DNA of 5,051 bases from positions 1-5,051 of the forward strand of contig NW_021830152.1 of assembly GCF_006345805.1 (NCBI RefSeq). Direction: 5' to 3'. Positions within the stretch are counted from its first letter, which is position 1, and each line of letters begins with the position of its first letter. The translations under genes and the position numbers were made by a program. The notes under the pieces were generated by a model that did no database searches, was not told where the DNA came from, and saw only the letters and a list, made by a program, of their open reading frames with translations. Shown one piece after another: positions 1 to 5,051 of this stretch. The stretch comes from Octopus sinensis (taxonomy: Eukaryota).

Positions 1-1
1 G

Positions 2-757
2 GCATTACTTGAAGAAAATCCTGCATTATCAGTTGAAGAATTGCAATAAAGCTTAGTTTAAACCACACAACTGTTCATTGTTATCTTCAACAACTTGGAA
101 AGGTTCCTAAACTTGGAAAATGGGTGACTCATGAATTGTCCGAAAGCAACCGCAAATCCCGAGTTGACATCTGCTCTTCTCTCCGTTCTGGCGAACTCAT
201 TTCACCCTTTTTGGATAGACTTGTGACTGGTGACGAAAAAATGGATCTTCTATCGAAATGTTAAATCTCGTAAACAGTGACTTGGTAGAAGAGAAAAAGC
301 TCAACCACAACCGAGAAGGGAACTTCATAGGAAAAAGGTTCTTCTCTCTATCTGGTGGGATTGCAAAGGAGTAATTCACTTTGAATTGTTACCACCTAAT
401 GCAACAATTAATACTCAAGTCTACTGTCAGCAATAAGAGCATTTGAGCCAAGCTTTGAGAAAAAACGACCCGCTTTGGTGGATCGAAAAGGAGTAATGTT
501 TCATCAGGATAATGCACGACCCCACACTGCAAAGATCACATCACAGAAGATCGAAGTGTTTGGTTGGGAAAAATTCCTCATCCACTTTATTCTCCCGACC
601 TTGCTCCTTCAGACTACCATTTCTTTCGTAGTTTACAGAATCATTTGGGGGACATAACTTTCGCAAACCAGGAGGAGGTCGGTACTGACATTTCAGAGTT
701 CTTGTAAATAGGTGGAAGGAAGTCATAGATAATCAGGGAAAGTACATTGATAATTAA
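2..757 (+). pseudogene. Mariner transposase pseudogene (C-terminal part incl. DD34D catalytic domain)
   Basis: Hand translation across frameshifts: WVTHEL (WVPHEL linker, 121-138), LVTGDEKW (D1 at 232-234), KVLLSIWWDCKGVIHFELLP, FHQDNARPHT (D2 at 508-510), HPLYSPDLAPSDYHFFRSLQNHL (D3 at 612-614; 34 residues between D2 and D3), RWKEVIDNQGKYIDN-stop (755-757). Disabled by frameshifts near 43, 236-241, 460-465 and 569-573, stops at 278-280 and 434-436, and a deletion near 701. Track ORF 475..657 is a piece of it. Confidence 0.96.
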
Positions 758-802
758 ATTTCAATTAAATATAACATTTGATCCCCTTTTTATACTATAT
801 TC

Positions 803-834
803 AAAATTCGGAAAGAACTTATGGGATGACCTGA
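803..834 (-). repeat. Right terminal inverted repeat of mariner 1 (~32 bp)
   Basis: Reverse complement reads TA-TCAGGTCATCCCATAAGTTCTTTCCGAATTTT, the typical mariner TIR layout, and is 20/30 identical to the TIR of the second mariner in this window. The partner TIR is outside the window, so the length is approximate. Confidence 0.8.
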
Positions 835-859
835 TATATATATATATATATTATATATA

Positions 860-891
<32 letters not shown>

Positions 892-908
892 CATAATACA
901 TACATATA

Positions 909-954
<46 letters not shown>

Positions 955-1009
955 TCATGTAGATATATATAATATATATATATATATATATACTACATAT
1001 TATATATAT

Positions 1010-1041
<32 letters not shown>

Positions 1042-1042
1042 C

Positions 1043-1098
<56 letters not shown>

Positions 1099-1219
1099 GT
1101 GTGTATTATATTATATAATCTATATATATATATATATATACATGTATACATACTGCTGCATACATGTCTCTGACTATAAGTGTGTGATGTGGTATCTATA
1201 TATATTATATATATATATA
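835..1219. repeat. Interrupted (TA)n microsatellite array with CA/TG variants
   Basis: Directly visible: long TATA runs with scattered TACA, TATG, TAA and short TG-rich interruptions (~1090-1105, ~1150-1195). Confidence 0.97.
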
Positions 1220-1222
1220 GTC

Positions 1223-1243
1223 AGAGAGAAAGAGAGGAAGAGG

Positions 1244-1279
<36 letters not shown>

Positions 1280-1286
1280 AAAGAAG
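1223..1286. repeat. (GA)n / purine-rich microsatellite
   Basis: Pure (AG)13 at 1249-1274 inside an all-purine tract. Confidence 0.95.
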
Positions 1287-1289
1287 TGT

Positions 1290-1840
1290 TTGGTGAAGAC
1301 ATTTCGAGAGAGTATTCTTTGATGGTATTGGAAGGGATACTGTCAAGGCCGGTGGTCTTGTCTTGTTTTCTCATTTGGAATATATGCGTATATTGTGGTT
1401 AGCCTGATGGAGTGGAAAGGGATATCTTTGAAGGGAAATTTATTCAATATCTACACTGTGTCAAGATAGTTACGAAGCCAGTAGCAAATGTTATTGCCTT
1501 CTCTGTGGGAATACAAATATATCACGATTGTTAAGTAAAAAGGAAGGGTGATTCTGCCGAGATTGTCCTGGCAAGAGACCAAAAGAATTGGTTATAGAAC
1601 TTGCTAGCTATGAGATGCATGGATTCACTAATCGTGCTTCGGGTGGTGAACTCGCTGGTGTTGTGGTTCAAGGTAAAAGCAGTCCAGTTTGTAAATGTAG
1701 AAGCGGGTGATATTGCTGGTGCGTCCTAGTGTTCATTGCGGGAACTACGTCCGCACAGCTATGCGGATTTGAATCTAGGAGTTTGGATTGTGAGGTGAGT
1801 AATAACGACAAGGGAGTGGTCAGAGATGATGGTTCCGCAG
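1290..1840 (-). mobile_element. Degraded non-LTR retrotransposon (CR1/L2-like LINE) ORF2 fragment: end of APE endonuclease, linker, pre-RT motif
   Basis: One minus-strand frame gives IISDHSLVVITHL (SDH at 1824-1816, APE C-terminal motif), TNWTAF (ADW-x-F-like), FWSLARTIS (1584-1558), PTEKAITFA, and [20 protein letters not shown] (1359 downward; K-x-x-G-x-D-x-I-P motif that precedes the RT domain). Six in-frame stops (codon starts 1761, 1728, 1533, 1524, 1446, 1401). The clade call is from motif recall. Confidence 0.8.
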
Positions 1841-1959
1841 GCATTTTCATTTCATTATGTAGTCGGGCAACGTGCATGAAACCTTTTGAAAGTCTCTAAC
1901 ATTTGTAAGAAAGAGATTTTTTAATTATTTTCTTTTTACCACACATCGATGTCTGCATT

Positions 1960-2019
1960 CAAGTAAAGAATAGCAGCCAAATCTTCTACCAAAGCCCCGC
2001 AATATGTCCTTCCTAAAAA
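1960..2019 (+). mobile_element. Probable LINE 3' UTR remnant, piece 1 (cut by mariner 2)
   Basis: AGTAAAGAATAGCAGCCAAATCT...CTTCCTAAAAA resembles the start of an abundant Octopus LINE tail as I recall it (AATAGCAGCCAAATCTCCCTCAAATCAC...). Recall only. Confidence 0.45.
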
Positions 2020-2021
2020 TA

Positions 2022-2572
2022 TTGGGTTGTCCGGAAAGTTCGTGCCGATTTTTAAAGGAAAGAAAAAGGTCAATAAATACTTGCCATTACATTTTTAATC
2101 AACCAAATATGAACCATTTTGTTGCACAATGCGTCTTCATCTTTCCTTTAATTTGAAAATACCCTCTTCCCAGAATTGAGGTGTTTTCATGGCAAAGAAT
2201 TCATCAAGCTATCTTTTTATGTCATCCAATGAATTGAAATTTTTACCATTAAGACTATTCTACAGAGACCTGAATAAGTGGAAATCCGATGGAGCAATAT
2301 CTGGTGAACATTGAGGGTGGTGTAACACATCCCAGCCGAGCTGCAGCAATTTTTATCTGGTTACCAAAGCATCAAATGAACTTTATCTTCCATTGTAAAG
2401 GGTTACACAACACAGGTTATAGGAACATAAACCTTCTCCTACGAAAAGATAGCTGAAACTGTGCTCTAAATGGAGGTGTAGTCAAATCCTATTTTATGGA
2501 CTCAACCATTTTTCTAAAATAAGTCGAAAGGTAAGCTACTATAAATCGGCACAAACTTTCCGGACAACCCAA
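2022..2572 (-). mobile_element. Internally deleted non-autonomous mariner (551 bp), mellifera-subfamily-like
   Basis: Left TIR 2022-2051 TTGGGTTGTCCGGAAAGTTCGTGCCGATTT; right TIR 2543-2572 is its reverse complement with one mismatch (29/30). TA duplications at 2020-2021 and 2573-2574. Transposase remnants on the minus strand. Confidence 0.97.
2095..2393 (-). pseudogene. Mariner 2 transposase remnant: N-terminal ~10 codons fused out of frame to the C-terminal 91 codons
   Basis: ATG at 2393-2391 gives MEDKVHLMLW*. A different frame starting at 2370 gives ALVTR*KLLQLGWDVLHHPQCSPDIAPSDFHLFRSL*NSLNGKNFNSLDDIKR*LDEFFAMKTPQFWEEGIFKLKER*RRIVQQNGSYLVD* (final stop 2097-2095; third catalytic D at 2286-2284). 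There are four premature stops and no frameshift within the C-terminal part. Confidence 0.93.
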
Positions 2573-2663
2573 TAAAACATATAACGCAATGTATCGTGTA
2601 CTGTAAACATAAAATACAGTAAAGAAGTCTTTGGACATTATTGTCTCGAGTCCTAGTAATCAC

Positions 2664-2820
2664 AGAACCAATTACCTGGTTTCTCTGCCGTGAAAGTAAC
2701 CGGGATCACAACCTTTCTCTCAACAGGATGCTAGGCCGTCGCAGTGTCAGCCATTTAAAGCTGAGTGTACTAGAGAAACGTGAAATAAAGTGTTTTGCTC
2801 CAGAACACAACACACCGCCC
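2664..2820 (-). mobile_element. 5'-truncated SINE body (CORE-like segment followed by a V/Meta-like conserved domain)
   Basis: Minus strand reads GTTGTGTTCTGGAGCAAAACACTTTATTTCACGTTTCTCTAGTACACTCAGCTTTAAATGG...CTGCGACGGCCTAGCATCCTGTT...TTCACGGCAGAGAAACCAGG. This resembles invertebrate SINE bodies (TTGRGCAAGACACTT...; CTGCGATGGACTAGCATCCC...CTACAGAAACCGG). No tRNA head is visible. Domain naming is from memory. Confidence 0.6.
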
Positions 2821-2874
2821 CTACCTACTAGCACACGCGGTTTCACATCCCGTTTTGTACTAAACCAAAATAAT

Positions 2875-2962
2875 AAAAAAAAGGATATAGATAAACTGGT
2901 CACAGCTCGAATACTCTTAACCTCAGTCTGTAGGATCAAAGCTAACCTCGGGTCAACCAAGG
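2875..2962 (+). mobile_element. Probable LINE 3' UTR remnant, terminal piece
   Basis: TGGTCACAGCTCGAAT...GATCAAAGCTAACCTCGGGTCAACCAA resembles the recalled Octopus LINE end (TGGTCACGGCTGGAATGCC...GATCAGGGCTGACCTGGGGCTAAACAAC) and weakly matches 3674-3701 in this window. Confidence 0.4.
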
Positions 2963-3160
2963 TGAAAAAGATATCAAGGGGCTCTTTGGTTGTTAATGAA
3001 TGGTTGAGAGCCGATTGAAGCGTCAGCTTTATTTGTTCTTTAGTATCACGTGTACTTCTGAAAGATGTCTAGTTTACGATTTCTCTCGATCAATCTCCTT
3101 GATTTTTACTGTATGAGTACACTAAGAAGGAAAATAGTCTGAAGTTCATCGTTTAGAATT

Positions 3161-3581
3161 GGTGTAGGAGTGGCTGTGTGGTAAGTAGCTTGCTTACCAA
3201 CCACATGGTTCCAGGTTCAGTCCCACTGCGTGGCACATTGGGCAAATGTCTTCTACTATATAGCCTCGGGCCGACCAAAGCCTTGTGGGTGGATTTGGTA
3301 GACGGAAACTGAAAGAAGCTCATCGTATATATATCTATATATGTATATGTGTGTATATATTTGTGTTTCTGTGTTTGTCCCCCCAACATCGCTTGACAAC
3401 CGATGCTGGAGTGTTTACGTCCCCGTAACTTAGCGGTTCGGCAAAAGAGAACCGATAGAATAAGTACTAGGTTTCCAAAGAATAAGTCCTGGTGTCGATT
3501 TCCTCGACTAAAAAGGTGGTGCTCCAGCATGGCCGCAGTCAAATGACTGAAACAAGTAAAAGAGTAAAAGAGTAAAGAGTA
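3161..3581 (+). mobile_element. Full-length tRNA-derived SINE (~420 bp, Octopus-type) with an internal TA/TG microsatellite
   Basis: Pol III A-box-like TGGCTGTGTGG (3171-3181) and B-box-like GGTTCAGTCCC (3214-3224); internal simple repeat ~3326-3365; tail of GTAAAAGA units (3556-3581). The first 57 nt match 4995-5051 at 52/57, proving it is a dispersed repeat. No clear TSD. Confidence 0.92.
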
Positions 3582-3584
3582 TAT

Positions 3585-3702
3585 AATCTAAAAAGGAAGG
3601 ATACGAGATCTGTCGCGGCTAAAAAGAAGTCAAGACAACCACGAGAAGAACGCTTTAAACCATGGGTCGCCTTGATCAGTCCTGACTTGGGTCTAAACAA
3701 CC
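3585..3702 (+). mobile_element. Probable LINE 3' UTR terminus (second copy)
   Basis: CTAAAAAGGAAGGATAC...GATCAGTCCTGACTTGGGTCTAAACAAC resembles the recalled Octopus LINE tail ending in (AAC)n, and is weakly paralogous to 2934-2960. Confidence 0.5.
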
Positions 3703-3719
3703 TTAACAGTTACAACATC

Positions 3720-3875
3720 TACACGTTTTACACACATTCTTATTCTGTATTACTCATTATTCAACAGTTTATTCTCTCCAGAAACGTATCCCCCTGGAAT
3801 TAACTTCCTGTCTATGTTTCACCTCTAACCACTGACTTGCAGCATTTCAAAGTAAACGTTTACCACATCAAAGTA
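3720..3875 (+). mobile_element. Degraded CR1/L2-like LINE ORF2 C-terminal fragment
   Basis: Frame starting at 3720: YTFYTHSYSVLLIIQQFILSRNVSPWN*LPVYVSPLTTDLQHFKVNVYHIKV. This fits the post-RT C-terminal pattern SFFPRT-x-x-LWN-x-LP-x-x-VFP-x-x-x-DLQ-x-FK of CR1/L2-type elements. One stop at 3801-3803. Confidence 0.7.
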
Positions 3876-3886
3876 AGCCAGTTGTA

Positions 3887-3926
3887 TCCTTTTCTTTCCT
3901 TTTCCTTTCTTTTATGTTTTTTTTTT
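3887..3926. repeat. Pyrimidine-rich low-complexity tract ending in T10
   Basis: Directly visible (CTTT/CCTTT units, then a T run). Confidence 0.8.
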
Positions 3927-4070
3927 GTCAGTGTAGGAGGGCTTTCTGTTTAATGTATCTGTGTAACGACAAGTTATCTACAGACTAACTAATAAATGTT
4001 TCTTTACGCCCAAGTCTACCTTATAGCTTCACCTTACAAGTTTGACCATGTAAAAGTAAGCACCAACCAA

Positions 4071-4192
4071 AGTACTGAGGTACAAGGCTAGGAACTCTGA
4101 AAGGAAAGGGAAGAATTGCCGATAACATTAATCTCAGTATTTCACTGAAATGATGAAAGAAAGATAAAATCGATATCTGCGAGACTTGAACT
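4071..4192 (-). mobile_element. Degenerate SINE fragment, paralogous to 4690-4912 (copy A)
   Basis: Reverse complement AGTTCAAGTCTCGCAGATATCGATTTT...CTTTCATCATTT|CAGTGAAATACTGAG...GCCTTGTACCT aligns to 4759-4885, with an exact 13-mer (4135-4147 vs 4821-4833) and a ~21-bp internal gap. Confidence 0.75.
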
Positions 4193-4200
4193 ACTAACTC

Positions 4201-4328
4201 ATTAAGTAATAATTTTCTTCTGATTTTGGTACAAGATCAGTAATTTTAAGGAAAGTGGTGGGCGAGTCAATTACATCAACCTCAGTACTTAACTTGGGCT
4301 TATATAATCGACACCAAAGTGATGAAAT
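4201..4328 (-). mobile_element. Degenerate 5'-truncated SINE, paralogous to 4690-4912 (copy B)
   Basis: Reverse complement of 4327-4267 aligns ungapped to 4789-4849 at 45/61. It continues through the CTTGTRCC segment to an ATT-type tail at 4201-4214. Confidence 0.8.
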
Positions 4329-4329
4329 C

Positions 4330-4662
4330 ACATGTGTGCGACATGGTGATCTCACGTCAAGACAAACTGCGTATGACCTTGTAGGTGAGGCCCAGTTAAA
4401 ATTTTCTTTAGGTTGAGTAGCCCATCCCGCTCAAAAGTTCCCTGAATAAGATTTGTTTAAGGTCCATCAACAAAACGCTCATGTTTCTAGAGGTGAATTA
4501 TTGAAACCCAAAGAATTCCTTATGGGTATGATGCTCCCCCACTACTTCTGCTCGTGATCAGAACTACACATATCGTCAGCCACCAAGGGACATGCTCAAC
4601 TGGTTAAGATCAAACAACTGACAAGCAAATCTGTGGTATTGAGCAGAATATTTGTTGTAGCC
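4330..4662 (-). repeat. Unclassified interspersed repeat fragment (recalled from Octopus genomes)
   Basis: Segments such as GAGTAGCCCATCCCGCTCAAAAG, TATGATGCTCCCCCACTACTTCTGCTCGTGATCAG and GCAAATCTGTGGTATTGAGCAGAATATTTG match an abundant octopus repeat as I remember it. There is no second copy in the window and I saw no protein motif. Strand and class are tentative. Confidence 0.45.
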
Positions 4663-4683
4663 TATTATTGTTGTTGTTGTTGT
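4663..4683. repeat. (ATT)/(GTT)n trinucleotide microsatellite
   Basis: TATTATTGTTGTTGTTGTTGT directly upstream of the SINE at 4690. Confidence 0.85.
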
Positions 4684-4689
4684 AATTAA

Positions 4690-4912
4690 GATGGCCAGCT
4701 GGCAGAATCGTTAGCACACTGGGCAAAATGCCTTGCGTCATTTCGTCTCTACGTACTGAGTTCAAATTCCGCCGAGGTCGATTTTGCCTTTCATCGTTTC
4801 GGAGTCGATGAAATAAGTACCAGTGAAATACTGGAGTTGATATAAACGATTGGTCCCCTCCCCCAAAATTTCCGGCCTTGTGCCTATAGTAGAAAGGATT
4901 ATCATTATTATT
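4690..4912 (+). mobile_element. tRNA-derived SINE with a Nin/Deu-like central domain and (ATT)n tail (copy C, near full length)
   Basis: A-box-like TGGCAGAATCG (4700-4710), B-box GTTCAAATTCC (4760-4770), central GAGGTCGATTTTGCCTTTCATCGTTTCGGAGTCGATGAAATAAGTACCAG (resembles the Nin/Deu domain from memory), tail ATTATCATTATTATT (4898-4912). Two paralogues lie in the window. Confidence 0.88.
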
Positions 4913-4994
4913 TTCACTTATTTTGTTTTGTTATTAGGTTTTAAATGCTTATCGGTATTATAGGAGTAGACAGATACATACTACGAAGAAGGGA

Positions 4995-5051
4995 GGCGCA
5001 GGAGTGGCTGTGTGGTAAGTAGCTTGCTAACCAACTACATGGTTCCGGGTT
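4995..5051 (+). mobile_element. 5' head of a second copy of the 3161-3581 SINE, cut by the window edge
   Basis: 52/57 identical to 3161-3217. It retains GGCGCA where the other copy has GGTGTA. Confidence 0.93.

Larger units (their letters stand above)
1..834 (+). mobile_element. Tc1/mariner DNA transposon (DD34D mariner), 3' portion; 5' end lies upstream of the window
   Basis: Degenerate transposase (next feature), a short AT-rich 3' UTR, then a mariner-type terminus at 803-834 ending ...GATGACCTGA, immediately followed by TA (835-836), the canonical Tc1/mariner target dinucleotide. Confidence 0.95.

Noticed and set aside
197-726. Minus-strand ORFs 197..379 and 541..726
   Set aside because: Antisense to the mariner transposase, with no recognisable motifs.
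851-1402. Track ORFs 851..1063 (-), 947..1402 (+) and the distal half of 1174..1374 (-)
   Set aside because: YI/IY and ER/SL repeats are translations of (TA)n and (GA)n. Only the first ~30 residues of 1174..1374 are meaningful, as LINE remnant.
1668-1877. Minus-strand ORF of 69 aa
   Set aside because: An alternative frame over the LINE fragment; the SDH motif lies in a different frame.
2599-2621. Hairpin TACTGTA-N9-TACAGTA, a possible mini-transposon or footprint
   Set aside because: A 7-bp stem in AT-rich DNA is expected by chance and does not match the short mariner excision footprint.
1290-2962. Antisense LINE ORF2 piece followed by a sense LINE tail, as a twin-priming 5' inversion
   Set aside because: The orientation fits, but the whole RT region would be missing between the pieces, no TSD is visible, and the mechanism is mainly documented for L1. 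Independent insertions are simpler.
2641-3018. Overlapping ORFs 2641..3018 (+) and 2706..2960 (-)
   Set aside because: They span a SINE remnant, an A run and a probable LINE tail; no domain similarity is recognisable.
3161-3235. Possible tRNA gene (also 4690-4775 and 4995-5051)
   Set aside because: A/B boxes are present, but I could not build a convincing cloverleaf and each runs into a SINE body; these are tRNA-derived heads.
3153-3542. Minus-strand 129-aa ORF
   Set aside because: Antisense reading of the SINE, including its microsatellite.
3556-3581. Tandem GTAAAAGA units as a CRISPR-like or telomere-like array
   Set aside because: Only about three unspaced units, forming the SINE's 3' tail.
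3887-4060. Possible exon: polypyrimidine tract plus CAG acceptor (3929-3931) and GTAAGC donor (~4055)
   Set aside because: All three frames after the acceptor hit stops. A non-coding or cryptic exon cannot be excluded, but nothing supports it.
4070-4290. Perfect 12-bp inverted repeat (4070-4081 / 4279-4290) suggesting a MITE
   Set aside because: No TSD, both arms lie within SINE remnants, and a 12-bp match is plausible by chance.

Overview
AT-rich eukaryotic non-genic DNA made almost entirely of decayed transposable elements and microsatellites. The SINE and LINE-tail sequences match repeats I recall from Octopus genomes (recall only, no database search). Contents from left to right: the 3' part of a dead DD34D mariner (1-834, 5' end outside the window) whose right TIR runs into a ~385-bp (TA)n array and then a (GA)n tract; an antisense CR1/L2-type LINE ORF2 fragment; a 551-bp internally deleted mariner of a second family with 29/30 TIRs and TA target duplications; several tRNA-derived SINEs of at least three families; further LINE tail and ORF2 C-terminal remnants; and one unclassified repeat. 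No intact host gene, RNA gene or CRISPR-like array is supported. Every ORF in the supplied track is explained by a microsatellite, a TE remnant or antisense reading of one. I found no convincing new biological system. The most interesting points are TE architecture: nested insertions, probable microhomology deletions, modular SINEs, and an inverted SINE pair that could form dsRNA.
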